DNA of 64,000 bases from Terriglobia bacterium (GCA_965206645.1 CBDBKE010000003.1:96001-160000), one strand, 5' to 3'; numbered from the stretch's first letter, positions 40,524 to 50,642 are shown. Notes: generated from the letters alone by a model not told the origin. Numbers and translations are program-made.

Positions 40524-41327
40524 GGTCCTGTCAAGTTCAGTGGGAGCGTGGCAGACTTGGCCGATGAAACGCGACACGCTGAGCTACCATGGATATCGAT
40601 TCCCACCCGACATTATCAGCCACGCCGTCTGGCTGTATCACCGCTTCGGTGTGAGCTTTCGCGATGTCGAAGATCTCCTGGCCCAACGCGGCATTACGGT
40701 GTCCTACGAAGCGATCCGGCTGTGGTGCCTCACGATCGGTTCAGTATACGCTCGCCGGCTCAAGCGTCGACAGGGCCGGCTGGGCGACATCTGGCACCTG
40801 GACGAGGTCTTCGTCACCATCCAGGGACAGCGGCGCTATCTCTGGCGTGCCGTCGATCAAGATGGTGACGTCATCGATATCCTCGTCCAGTTGCATCGCG
40901 ACTGTCGGGCGGCTACACGCTTTTCCCGCAAGCTGTTGAAGGGCCAGGAGCGTACGCCTGGGCGGTTGGTCACCGACAAGCTGAGCAGCTACAGGGCTGC
41001 GCACCGAGCGGTCATGCCGTCCGTCGCCCATCGCACGGACCGATACGAGAACAATCGCGCCGAAGTCTCCCACCAGCCCACACGGCAACGCGAGCGACAA
41101 ATGCGCCGGTTCAAATCTCCCGGGCAGGCACAACGATTCTTGTCCGTGCATGGACTCGTCCGCAACCTCTTCCGCGTTGGCCGTCACCTGGTGCGAGCGG
41201 TGCATCATCGGGAGCTACGAGGACGCTCTTTTCTCATTTGGGATGCAGTCACGATCGCCGCCTGACTCGAACTGAGATCACGATCCCGAGTACCGGCTCG
41301 CTCGACGAACGCTAACTTGACAGTACC
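40524..41327 (+). mobile_element. IS6-family insertion sequence
   Basis: IRs GGTCCTGTCAAGTT / AACTTGACAGTACC; transposase 40564-41265. Confidence 0.93.
40564..41265 (+). CDS. IS6 transposase
   Basis: YRFPPDIISHAVWLYHRF, WHLDE, YLWRAVD, VTDKL, NNRAEVSHQP, RRFKS. Confidence 0.93.
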   Translation: MKRDTLSYHGYRFPPDIISHAVWLYHRFGVSFRDVEDLLAQRGITVSYEAIRLWCLTIGSVYARRLKRRQGRLGDIWHLDEVFVTIQGQRRYLWRAVDQDGDVIDILVQLHRDCRAATRFSRKLLKGQERTPGRLVTDKLSSYRAAHRAVMPSVAHRTDRYENNRAEVSHQPTRQRERQMRRFKSPGQAQRFLSVHGLVRNLFRVGRHLVRAVHHRELRGRSFLIWDAVTIAA

Positions 41328-41457
41328 CGGCAGAGGCCGCACCTCGTTGTCATGCTGTCGCCACTGCTCGATGCCCACCTTCGAGTCTATGCGGTTCCGA
41401 AACCACTGGAGACTCAGACACTCGTCGCGGAACTTCCCGTTGAACGATTCGTCGGTG
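41328..41457 (-). pseudogene. IS3 OrfB fragment
   Basis: TDESFNGKFRDECLSLQWFRNRIDSKVGIEQWR, closely similar to the IS at 754-2033. Confidence 0.85.
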
Positions 41458-41554
41458 GGAATGTCTCCGGCGCACCGATAAATCGAAGCGCTCGATCGGC
41501 GAGACACGTCAGAAAGCCATAGAGCAGGGACAAGACAGGTACGGTGGCTGCGAC

Positions 41555-42940
41555 TTACACGTACTCTTGATCGACCACATATCCGGTCCGACCGTAGCAG
41601 TCGTTGCCGTAGCCGTCCTTGTGCGGATTCAGACGAGTGCTCCTCCGCATCCTCTTGAACTTCCGGCTACAATAGCTGCACTCAACGGTGTAGCGCCAGC
41701 CATGTCGCAAGGCCGCAATCCGAACACGGCGAGTTGCGGAACTGCCGCCGAACGGTCGAGAGAAATAGCTTGAGGGGCCGTATTCCCCGGCCTTAGATAA
41801 CTCCACCGGAAATCGAGGCTCGACCGTGTCGTCCGTAGCCTCAACGGACTGAATCTTTCCGTTCAGAAAGGTCTTCAGGCCCGGGCCAGATGAGCGACCG
41901 CCAGTTCGGTCCCAGACGTACAGATATTCCTCTGCGTGTCCATCTTTGCGCCGCTTGTACCGGAGCGAATACGGCTCGACAAGGCGCGAGTGGCCATCAT
42001 AGGTGACTCTCAATAGCCTCATTTCCGATCCGGCTTGAAGAATCGGATTGCGGAACTGTGACGGGAAGAACGCAAGTGAGCCGCGTCCAATGAACGTCTG
42101 GTCGGCGAACAGCTCATCGATGACGTTCCGAAAGTTCGTAAGTGTCTCATCGAAGTCGAGTACACCTTGGACCGGTGCGACGATGTATTTGGTCCATGCC
42201 GTCCGCAGGAGATCGAGCGGAAGCTCCAAGAGCAGTTGCCGTGCCACGCCAGGATGGCGTTCGAAAATGGTTTTGCGGAAGAATATCGACAGCACTTCGC
42301 TGCGATTTACCTCGATGTCTCGGTTCACGAAGATCGAGTACACGAGGTCGTACACGTCCGCCGTGTGCCGTCGTTGGAGCAAGCACTTCAGCTTGCTTGC
42401 GAGCATCTCCTCAAGCTTCATACACCTCACGCCGACGACACAGGTACTCGAGTCCGAATACGGGTGAATTAGCTGGCGTTCTTGAACCGGCAGGTAGACA
42501 CGATCGAATTCAGTGACGTCGATCGCCAGACTGATCGTTATGTGGTCGGCATTGCCGTAGAAGTCCTTGAAGTAGAGGCGCACATCGAACACGCGCCGTT
42601 TGTCATCGATTTCGTTTTGAAGCTGGACTCTATTGCGTTCGAGGTCGAAGACCACACCGCTCTGCGCTTGGACGAACTGACAGATCGCGTTGAACTCCCC
42701 ACGCAGGCTCGCCTCGTCCACGGCGGACTCAGTCGAAAAATCCAGGTCGTGCGGGAAGCGGGTATTCGGGAAGTATGCCTTACGAAAGCAGTTCCCGCCC
42801 TTAAGGACGAGGACTTCCTTGAGGGGCGACTCTGTGTAGAGGCCGACTAACACCCATCCGAAGACGTAGTCGCGTTGGACATTCGCCTGATGAATCCCGA
42901 ATTCAAGCGACTTCGCCTGGAGTTCATCTTTCGTGATCAT
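41555..42940 (-). CDS. AbiEii-like nucleotidyltransferase fused to WYL domain and C-terminal zinc finger
   Basis: QRDY, LKGGNCFRK, RFPHDLDFS, SKL...DVYDL (AbiEii); LRVTYDGHSRLVEPYSL...YLYVWD...LKTF...KIQSV (WYL); CSYC...H...C. Confidence 0.85.
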   Translation of the reverse strand: MITKDELQAKSLEFGIHQANVQRDYVFGWVLVGLYTESPLKEVLVLKGGNCFRKAYFPNTRFPHDLDFSTESAVDEASLRGEFNAICQFVQAQSGVVFDLERNRVQLQNEIDDKRRVFDVRLYFKDFYGNADHITISLAIDVTEFDRVYLPVQERQLIHPYSDSSTCVVGVRCMKLEEMLASKLKCLLQRRHTADVYDLVYSIFVNRDIEVNRSEVLSIFFRKTIFERHPGVARQLLLELPLDLLRTAWTKYIVAPVQGVLDFDETLTNFRNVIDELFADQTFIGRGSLAFFPSQFRNPILQAGSEMRLLRVTYDGHSRLVEPYSLRYKRRKDGHAEEYLYVWDRTGGRSSGPGLKTFLNGKIQSVEATDDTVEPRFPVELSKAGEYGPSSYFSRPFGGSSATRRVRIAALRHGWRYTVECSYCSRKFKRMRRSTRLNPHKDGYGNDCYGRTGYVVDQEYV

Positions 42941-42999
42941 CTGGGAATTCTCATCGGGATGCCAAGGATCTCTTCAAATGGTGATTACTCGCCACAGTT

Positions 43000-43250
43000 C
43001 ATCGCGACTTGCCCGCCTTCGCCAATTCGTTCAATCGATCTCACACGAGAGCCAATCGGCCTTGGCCCGCCAGATCGGGGGCGAGGTGGCCAGGAAGGGC
43101 GTCGAGGAATACCCGAGTGCTGAGGAGGCCTGGGCTTGTGCCGCAATGTAGTCTCGGACATCAGCATCGGCGTGCAGGACTTCGGCCCCAAGTTCGGCTT
43201 CTTCCAAAAGTTGGTGACAGGGCAGGGCTGTGTCCCTCGACGACTGATCA
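43000..43250 (-). pseudogene. Degraded C-terminus of a nucleotidyltransferase-like protein
   Basis: Frameshifted reading EVLHADADVRDYIAAQ / LLSTRVFLDALPGHLAPDLAGQGRLALV*DRLNELA; recalled similarity only. Confidence 0.4.
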
Positions 43251-43500
43251 CCAGTCTGGTGTTCACTTCGCCGCCCCTCATGTTTTTACCGAGGCCTACA
43301 CCCCCAGGCGTGTCTACTTATGCGCTGTCTACTTGACGGGGAAGCTTGCCCTGGCACTACCTGCGACGGGCGCCAAGGAAGCATCGCCTTTGCCGCTCCG
43401 GACCCTGCAGGGGAGTGCATGGAGCTCCAAAGTGAGCCATCGGGCAAGTGGAGCCCGGCAGGCGTTAGAGTGATGGTCACCCGAAAGGCCGAACCGCTAG

Positions 43501-43658
43501 CAGCCCGTGGTGAAAGTCCGGCGTCGCACCGAGACGAGCGAGGCGCCGCGCGGACAAGGCGCGACGACCGAGAATACCGCCTGTATTTGACGGAGGAGCA
43601 ACGTAGGCCACGAGGATGGATCGCTCGTCGAATGCAGACGGACTTTCACCACGGGCTG
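43501..43658. mobile_element. 158-bp MITE flanked by CTAG
   Basis: 20-bp perfect IRs CAGCCCGTGGTGAAAGTCCG / CGGACTTTCACCACGGGCTG; CTAG at 43497-43500 and 43659-43662. Confidence 0.9.
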
Positions 43659-43662
43659 CTAG

Positions 43663-44084
43663 AGAATCCTTGGCAGATCTCTAAAGATGAGTGGGGGCTA
43701 AATAGTGAAAGTGATGTAGCTCGGATTTCTTCATACATCGCGAAACGTCTTGAATTATCTACTGAGGATGGATTTTCTAAAATCTGGAGAACTCAGGACA
43801 AGAATCCCATCGGCATTCTTGGTTGTTACAAAGTCGACGAGAAAATGTATGAAGCGTTCTTTTTTGCAAGTGAACACATGGGTGAACACGGCCTCAAGGT
43901 AACCGTCGAGATGCGCAAGATCTTGATAGAGCAGGCTTCCCACCACAAAGGGTGTAAGTGTGTTTTGTACTCCGCTTCAGACCACCCAAGACAGATAGCG
44001 TGGTTCAGATTCTTAGGTTTTGAATACATTCCTGAAAACAATGAAGGGAAAGCGCGCTGTTTTGAGTATGCATCTCCGAATTAG
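43663..44084 (+). pseudogene. AT-rich GNAT-fold-like protein, 5' end missing
   Basis: IGILGC...YSASDHPRQIAWFRFLGF resembles a GNAT C-terminal motif; begins at the MITE boundary. Confidence 0.5.
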
Positions 44085-44346
44085 CCGTTGAGGAACCGGG
44101 CCACCGCGTCGTTCGAATAGTCCTGAGAAAAGTAGCGGGAATCGAGCAAGAACGTGCGCACGGGCTCTGCGGTTTGGGCGAAGACGTCGACCGGCTCCAG
44201 TGCCATGACCGCGCCGACGATCACGCAGACCGCGGAACGGCCGAGACGGGTGCCTGGCGGAGGTGACGTGTGTCTCCTGAACAATGATGGAAACCAAGGC
44301 ATCGAGGGATCGTTACGCTCTCTTCTCGTCAACTTGACAGTGCGAA

Positions 44347-45942
44347 CTAGGGCGATGTGGCCTGCTCCTCGTAGGTGCCTTTGAAATCAACGACGCGACC
44401 CTGATCGAATCGCCACACCCGGGTCCCGACTTCTTCCAGTAGGTCCTGGTCGTGGGTGACGAGGAACACCGTCCCTTCATAACGCTGGAGCGCCACGTTC
44501 AGTGCGTTGATGGATTCCAGATCGAGGTGATTGGTCGGCTCGTCGAGCACGAGCACATTGGGCTTCTGCAGCATGATCCGGCAGAACAGGAGCCTCGCCA
44601 TCTCGCCTCCCGATAGCGCCTCGGTCGGCTTGTGGCCTTCCTCGCCGCTGAAGAGCATCTGGCCGAGGAGCCCGTGGATCTCCTGGCGCGATACGTCGGG
44701 ATCGAAGCGGTGCAACCACTCGGCCGCCGTGAGCCCCTTTTCGATCTCGCCGGCATGATCCTGGGGATAATAGCCAATCGACACCGCGTGTCCCCAGCGC
44801 AGCGTCCCGTCATCGAGATCGCCGGGAGACGCCGGCATGTTGGGCGCGTCAGCGAGGAGCGCTTTCAGGAGCGTCGTCTTGCCGACGCCATTGCGCCCGA
44901 CCAGCACGATCCGGTCGCCCCGGTTCACGACAGCGCCGAACCCGGAGAATATCGACGTCGGTCCGTACGCCTTGGCGAGACCTTCGCAGTCGAGGGCGAC
45001 CTTGCCGGATGGCTGGCGCGTCAAGAATCTGATATATGGGCGCTGAATATTCGAGCGCGCCAGCTCGGTGGTCTGGAGCCGTTCGACCTCCTTGCGTCGT
45101 GACGTGACCTGGCTCGCACGTGTGCCCGCGCCGAAGCGGGCAATGAAGTCGTTGAGCTGGGCGATCTTCTTCTCGCGCTGTGCGTTCCCCGCTTCGATGG
45201 TCGTCCGAATCTGAGTCTTGGCCAGCACCATGTCGTCGTAGCCGCCGGTATACGTGATGATCGTCTCGTAGTCGATGTCGGCGATGTGCGTGCAGATGCC
45301 GTTCAGAAAGTGCCTGTCGTGCGAGATGACAATAAGTGCGCCTTCGTAGCGGCTGAGAAACTGCTGCAGCCAGTGGATCGAATCGAGGTCCAGGTGGTTC
45401 GTCGGTTCGTCGAGCAGCAGCGCTTCGGGCTGGCCGTAGAGGGCCTGTGCCACGAGCACCCGCACCTTCTGCCCGCCCTGCAGTTCGGCCATCGTCCGGT
45501 CGTGCAGCAGGTTGGGGATGTCGAGCCCCTGCAGCAGCACTGCGGCATCGGCCTCCGAGGAGTACCCGTCCTCTTCGCCGACGATGCCTTCGAGCTCGCC
45601 GAGGCGCATGCCGTCCTCGTTCGACATGTCTGGGCGAGCATAGAGCGCGTCTCGCTCGGCCAGGGCGGCCCAGAGCCGGGCATTGCCCATGATGACCCTG
45701 TCGATCACGCGATACTGATCGAATGCGTAGTGATCCTGGCGCAGCACGCCGAGCTTGCGAGGACTGGCGACCGTCCCGCGCTGTGGATCGAGGTCGCCCG
45801 TCAGCAGCTTCATGAAGGTGGATTTACCGGAGCCGTTCGGGCCAGTCAGCCCATAGCGCCGCCCCGAGGAAAACGTCGTCGTGACGTCCTCAAAGAGGAC
45901 CTTCGAGCCGTAACGCATGGACACACCACTGACAGAAATCAT
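44347..45942 (-). CDS. ABC-F family ATPase (YbiT-like)
   Basis: Two ABC domains (GPNGSGKS, LLLDEPTNHLD; GRNGVGKT, LSGGE, LDEPTNHLD) and no TM segments. Confidence 0.93.
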   Translation of the reverse strand: MISVSGVSMRYGSKVLFEDVTTTFSSGRRYGLTGPNGSGKSTFMKLLTGDLDPQRGTVASPRKLGVLRQDHYAFDQYRVIDRVIMGNARLWAALAERDALYARPDMSNEDGMRLGELEGIVGEEDGYSSEADAAVLLQGLDIPNLLHDRTMAELQGGQKVRVLVAQALYGQPEALLLDEPTNHLDLDSIHWLQQFLSRYEGALIVISHDRHFLNGICTHIADIDYETIITYTGGYDDMVLAKTQIRTTIEAGNAQREKKIAQLNDFIARFGAGTRASQVTSRRKEVERLQTTELARSNIQRPYIRFLTRQPSGKVALDCEGLAKAYGPTSIFSGFGAVVNRGDRIVLVGRNGVGKTTLLKALLADAPNMPASPGDLDDGTLRWGHAVSIGYYPQDHAGEIEKGLTAAEWLHRFDPDVSRQEIHGLLGQMLFSGEEGHKPTEALSGGEMARLLFCRIMLQKPNVLVLDEPTNHLDLESINALNVALQRYEGTVFLVTHDQDLLEEVGTRVWRFDQGRVVDFKGTYEEQATSP

Positions 45943-46026
45943 GAGCGCAGACCCTCGAACGGAAAATCCGGATGCGAGTGAATCTCTTATTCTAACAGGT
46001 GCCGGCGTCTAGTTCCTGGAGCGCGT

Positions 46027-47859
46027 TTAGACTGCGTGCTCGCGAATCGCCGACAGGAAGAATTCGCCAAGATCGTCGGCCTTGCGTGCGCCAACCCCCT
46101 TGACCGAGCGCAACGCGTCGATCGAGGTGGGTCGAAGCTTGGCCATCTCGCGCAGCGTTGCGTCGTGGAAAATCACGTACGGCGGCACACCGCGCTCGCG
46201 AGCCGTCGCCAGCCTGACCGCGCGGAGGCGATCGAAGAGCCCGCGGTCGACGTCCCGCCACGATTCGGTCTCCATGCGCAACCGCGCGCGTGGGGCGTCC
46301 TTTCGTGGCGGCCGCTGGCGGGCCAATGTCAGACCAGGGCAGCTTGCCTCGTCCTTCAGCAGCTCCAGGCCTGTCGCCGTTAGTGCGAGTACGCCGTACA
46401 CGTCGTCGGTTGTCCGCAGCAGGCCAAAGGCTCTGAGTTGCTGGATATACCCGCGCACTTCGGCGACCGAGACGTGGGGCAACAAGCCGAAGGTGCTCAG
46501 CGTCTCGTGTCCTCTGGCGACGACCTGCTCGCTGGCGTGCCCGCGCAGGACGCTGGCCACGTGCGTGGCGCCGAAGCGCTGTCCGACCCGGACGACGCAC
46601 GACAGAATCTGGCGAGCGAGGATCGCCGGGGTGGCGGCGGGCTCCAGCTCATCGAGGCAATAGTCGCACGCTCCACAGCTGCTCTTCGCATACCGATCGC
46701 CGAAGTATTCGGCGAGATGCTGATGACGACAGCTGACGCTCGCCGCGTACCGCTCCATCTGCCGCAGAAGCGTGCTGCTGGCGTCGGTCAGCTCACCGTT
46801 GCCTTCCAGCATGACGCGCCATTTCATGAAGTCGGCGGCGGAGTAGATCAGCAGGCATTCCGCCTCGAGACCGTCGCGTCCCGCCCGTCCGGACTCCTGC
46901 TGATAGTGCTCGATGGATCGCGGCGCTCCGGCATGCACGACGAACCGCACGTTCGAGCGGTCGATGCCCATACCGAACGCGACCGTGGCGACGATCGTAT
47001 CGACCCGTTCACTCAGGAACGCGTTCTGATTCCGGCTGCGGTCGGTTTCGCTAAGCCCCGCGTGATAGGGCAGGGCGGGGATGCCGTCGGCCGTCAGCCA
47101 GGCCGCCAGCGCGTCGACTTCTCGCCGTGAGGTGCAGTAGATGATGCCGGCCTCCTGCCGGTGACGCGCCAGGACGTCGAGAAGCTGCCGTTTCAACACG
47201 GCTCTTGGCAGCACGCGGTAGAGGAGATTCGGGCGGTCGAAGGAGCCGACGAGCTCGAGGGGGTCGTTCAGGCCAAGCTGTGTGGTGATGTCGCGCCTGA
47301 CGCGGGCGGTGGCGGTGGCCGTGTACGCCTGCAGGCTGATGCCGGGCAGCCGCTGGCGCAGTTGAGCGAGTTGACGGTACTCCGGTCTGAAATCGTGCCC
47401 CCACTGGCTGATGCAATGCGCCTCGTCCACGGCGACGAAGCTGACACCGCACGATGCGAGAAGCGTGAGAAACCCCTCGCTCCCTTCGCCGACCAGGCGC
47501 TCTGGCGAGACGTACAGCAGGCGGTAGCGTCCTTCTCGGAGCCCCGCGACGATCGCCCCTTTCTCGGCCGATGTCAGCGAGCTGTTGTACAGCCCCGCAG
47601 GCACGCCGTTGCCCACCAGCGTGTCCACTTGATCCTTCATCAGCGAGATGAGCGGGGAGACCACCACCGCGAGGCCAGGACGTACGACGGCGGGCGCCTG
47701 AAAGCAGAGTGACTTGCCGCCGCCAGTCGGCAGCACGACCAGCGAGTCGCGGCCCGCAAGCACGGCTTCCATCGCTTCGCGTTGGAGCGGCCGGAACGCC
47801 GTGTACCCCCAGTAGCGGGCGAGCGCGTTTTCGAGCGGGGAGAGAGTCACCACTATCAT
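46027..47859 (-). CDS. recQ: DNA helicase RecQ
   Basis: PTGGGKS, DEAHCISQWGHDFRP, AFGMGID, QESGRAGRDG, Zn-binding RQC, HRDC (VPPYVIFHDATL). Confidence 0.95.
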   Translation of the reverse strand: MIVVTLSPLENALARYWGYTAFRPLQREAMEAVLAGRDSLVVLPTGGGKSLCFQAPAVVRPGLAVVVSPLISLMKDQVDTLVGNGVPAGLYNSSLTSAEKGAIVAGLREGRYRLLYVSPERLVGEGSEGFLTLLASCGVSFVAVDEAHCISQWGHDFRPEYRQLAQLRQRLPGISLQAYTATATARVRRDITTQLGLNDPLELVGSFDRPNLLYRVLPRAVLKRQLLDVLARHRQEAGIIYCTSRREVDALAAWLTADGIPALPYHAGLSETDRSRNQNAFLSERVDTIVATVAFGMGIDRSNVRFVVHAGAPRSIEHYQQESGRAGRDGLEAECLLIYSAADFMKWRVMLEGNGELTDASSTLLRQMERYAASVSCRHQHLAEYFGDRYAKSSCGACDYCLDELEPAATPAILARQILSCVVRVGQRFGATHVASVLRGHASEQVVARGHETLSTFGLLPHVSVAEVRGYIQQLRAFGLLRTTDDVYGVLALTATGLELLKDEASCPGLTLARQRPPRKDAPRARLRMETESWRDVDRGLFDRLRAVRLATARERGVPPYVIFHDATLREMAKLRPTSIDALRSVKGVGARKADDLGEFFLSAIREHAV

Positions 47860-47953
47860 GATCCCACGGCCCGCGGTCCGCACAGAGGCACTGTCAAGGG
47901 CGGTGGTGGGTCAGTGGAGTCCCAGTTGGGTGCGTCTCGGTCCTAACAGCCCG

Positions 47954-48413
47954 TATATGGACTCCTCCCGGTGATCAAGCGAGTGGGTCGTGACGGTCGG
48001 TCCTTCGCGTCGGTTGCGGTCGTATATCCGGCCTGTCCGTGGAGGGCCTTTGCCTCCTGGCCAACATGGATAGTCGCGCACCGCGGGCCAATCGTGGTGC
48101 CGGCGTCGAGCGCCAGGGCTGCTATCGGCCTGATGCGGTGTCGGTCAGACCGAAGGGCCATGTCAGGGTCACTCGCTCAGTATCTCGCGTGGAGGTGTCG
48201 CTCGGGTTACGCCGCGTCCGGCAGTGCGTAGGGCACATCCTTGTGCCAAACCGCCCAAACGAGTCGGCCGAGTTTGTTCGCCACGGCAATCGTGGCTTTG
48301 TTGTAGCCGCGCCGCGCGTGCACCGTCATCGCCCAGTGGTGCAGACGCGTGAGGGGCTGCTGGGCCGCCCGGCGCCGGTGGGCCGACGCGAGCACCGCGC
48401 GCGCGCCGTGGGT
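47954..48413 (-). mobile_element. IS110/IS1111-family right end: transposase C-terminal fragment plus downstream non-coding region
   Basis: HGARAVL...RRGYNKATIAVANKLGRLVWAV* (48207-48413), about 240-nt NCR, sub-terminal IR ATGGACTCCTCCC at 47957-47969 (ISPa11-like, recalled). Confidence 0.75.
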
Positions 48414-49663
48414 TGACCAGACCGATTTTTTGTACCAACCGTAGTGAGAGTTCACATCGCAGCCTGGGGCTGTGAAACTGGTTTCAGTGGCAGGGGATGG
48501 CTATAAGCCCCCGGCGCCGGGGGCCTATAGCCGAGCGCCGAGTGCGGCCGCACCGTGTTGTATTGCACCCTCCACTGTTCAATCAGCACCTGTGCCTCCT
48601 TCAACGAGTAGAAGATCTCTCCATTCAGGCATTCGTCCCGCAGCTTCCCATTGAAACTCTCGCAGTACCCGTTCTCCCAGGGACTGCCCGGTTCGATGTA
48701 CAGTGTCCCGGTCCCTAGATTTGCCAACCACTGGCGCAGTTGTTTGGCGATGAACTCGGGACCATTGTCGGATCGAATCTGTTCCGGTATCCCTCGCCAC
48801 AACATCACGTCCGACAACGCCTCAATGATTTGTTGGCTGCCCATTCTCCGCTCCACCCGGATCGCCAGGCATTCCCGCGTGTACTCATCCAGCAAGGTCA
48901 GCAGCCGCAGCGTTCTCCCCTCGTGCGTTCTGGCACTCATGAAGTCGTAGCTCCACACGTGGTTCGGTCGCTCCGGCCTCAGTCGCACACAGGAACCGTC
49001 GTTCAGCCACAGCCGTCCTCGCGGCCTTTGTTTTTGCGGCACTTTTAGCCCTTCCCGCCGCCAAATCCGCTGCACCCGGTCCTTGCCCACTTCCCAGCCC
49101 GCACTCCGCAGCAACGCTGTGATCCTCCGGTAGCCATATCGCCCGTACTTCGCTCCCAGGGCAATGATCGCTCGGGTCAGAGCATCCTCGTCCACCCGAT
49201 GAATCGGCTCGTATCGTTGTGTCCCTCGCCATTGCCCCAGCAGCCGGCAGGCATGCCGTTCCGACAACCCGTGTTGCTCCCACGCACGCTCCACCGCACA
49301 ACGCCGCCGCTCAGGGCTCAGAAGTTTCCCTGTGCCACATCCCGCAGTACCTGCTTCTCCAGAGAAAGCTCCGCTACCAACCGCTTCAGCCGCGTGTTTT
49401 CCTTCTCCAACTCCTTTAGCCGTTTTGCCTGCACCACCTTCAGCCCGCCGTATTCCTTCCGCCACCGGTAGTAGGTTTGGGTGTGGATTCCAGCTTCTTT
49501 GCAGGCTTGGGGCGCAGTCTTCCCGTTCCCCATCTGCACTTCTATCTGCCGTAGCACCGCTACAATCTGCTCCGGCTTGTAACTCCTTGTCGGCATGACC
49601 TCACTTCCTCCTCAAGTGGATTCTCTCTCTTTCCACTTGGTACAAAAAGTGCCGGTCAGGTCA
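48414..49663 (-). mobile_element. IS3-family insertion sequence (second type)
   Basis: TGACC...GGTCA ends containing TTTTTGTACCA; orfA 49318-49596, orfB 48452-~49320; GGGAAAC frameshift site; no matching TSD. Confidence 0.93.
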
Positions 49664-49750
49664 AATTGAAGCACTGTCAGACAGATGGGGACTTGTCTGA
49701 CGCAAAACACAAATTGCGGCGACTGTGTCCGTATTCCAAGGCAGCGAGGG

Positions 49751-49921
49751 TCAGTCCAATGCTTCGAGAGTGATGGTGATGCGATTGGGGGGAGGCGTGG
49801 GGACCGCCAACTTCTGGACGTATAGGGTGCCGATCTTCGGCGGCTGCCCCGTCGTTTCCTCGGCGTAGCGGAACGTTCCTTTGGTCTCTTTCTCCAGCTT
49901 GAATTGAGCGGAAAGCTGCAT
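49751..49921 (-). CDS. Small hypothetical beta-rich protein
   Basis: MQLSAQFKLEKETKGTFRYAEE...IGTLYVQK...ITITLE; GGAGG RBS. Confidence 0.65.
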   Translation of the reverse strand: MQLSAQFKLEKETKGTFRYAEETTGQPPKIGTLYVQKLAVPTPPPNRITITLEALD

Positions 49922-50047
49922 TTTCCCTCCCACTATTATTTACGTGCCTACTCAGCCCGTCTCCTCGGCATCTGTATCGCGCCGTCCAAGATTATCCCTG
50001 CGTTCCTCCCTGTTTGCGAACGTCCTAAACAGGGAAGCAATTTCCGG

Positions 50048-50353
50048 TCAGGCCGGAACGTAACACTGGACACTGACTTCGTTTGCTCGCGCGCGCATCT
50101 GCGAAGCGTCGTGCCAGGCCTGCATCCGCAGCAGCATGTCCATGCTCACATCAAAGGCCTTCTCGATGCGCAGCGCCATCTCCGGGGACAACGCGGCATT
50201 ACGGTTCAGCAGGTCCGAAAGCGTCGCCCGGCGGACACCGAGAATCTCCGCCGCCTTCGTCACGTTCAAACCCAGTTCCTCAATAACCTCCGTTCGGATG
50301 AAGTCGCCCGGATGGGAAGGGGTCATGTTCACCTTGATGTCGTTGGTAGCCAT
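50048..50353 (-). CDS. higA: HigA antitoxin
   Basis: HPGDFIRTEVIEELGLNVTKAAEILGVRRATLSDLLN...LSPEMALRIEKAF. Confidence 0.92.
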   Translation of the reverse strand: MATNDIKVNMTPSHPGDFIRTEVIEELGLNVTKAAEILGVRRATLSDLLNRNAALSPEMALRIEKAFDVSMDMLLRMQAWHDASQMRARANEVSVQCYVPA

Positions 50354-50642
50354 CAGTGGTAATCCTCCAGGTTCAAGCGGTCGATGTAACCATCCTCTTC
50401 TTCAACGTGATCCGCCAATTACCGGAAACTGAAACGCTCCATTCTTTCCGCCGGTAACCTGAGAGCCGGTGGACGCGCCAGCCGGGTGATGCATCGCCAA
50501 TAAACCCGTCGATGTGCTCGGCCAGAATCAGTACCGTCAATATCTTACGCACCCGGTCGACCAGGCTCCGCCGCAGGAACCGGGGGTTGTCGTTCTCGAT
50601 CAGCCGGCGCAATCCTCGGTGGCGGACAGAGCGAACGATCAC
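50353..50642 (-). CDS. higB: HigB/RelE toxin with 1-nt frameshift near 50405
   Basis: SVRHRGLRRL, WRVHRLSG, WSVSVSGNWRIT; tail EEEDGYIDRLNLEDYH* in a shifted frame with TGATG coupling to higA; palindrome ACGGTAATACCGT at 50654-50666. Confidence 0.85.

Noticed and set aside
43360-43496. Possible group II intron 5' fragment
   Set aside because: No canonical GTGCG start, domain V or reverse transcriptase visible.
44331-47900. IS6-like half IRs (AACTTGACAGTGC at 44331, GGCACTGTCAAG at 47887) as composite transposon ends around recQ/ABC-F
   Set aside because: Short imperfect matches with no adjoining IS6 body; cannot be distinguished from chance or -35 boxes.
47943-47953. CTAAC next to the IS1111 end as an integron attC site
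   Set aside because: No complementary partner box, cassette array or integron integrase seen.
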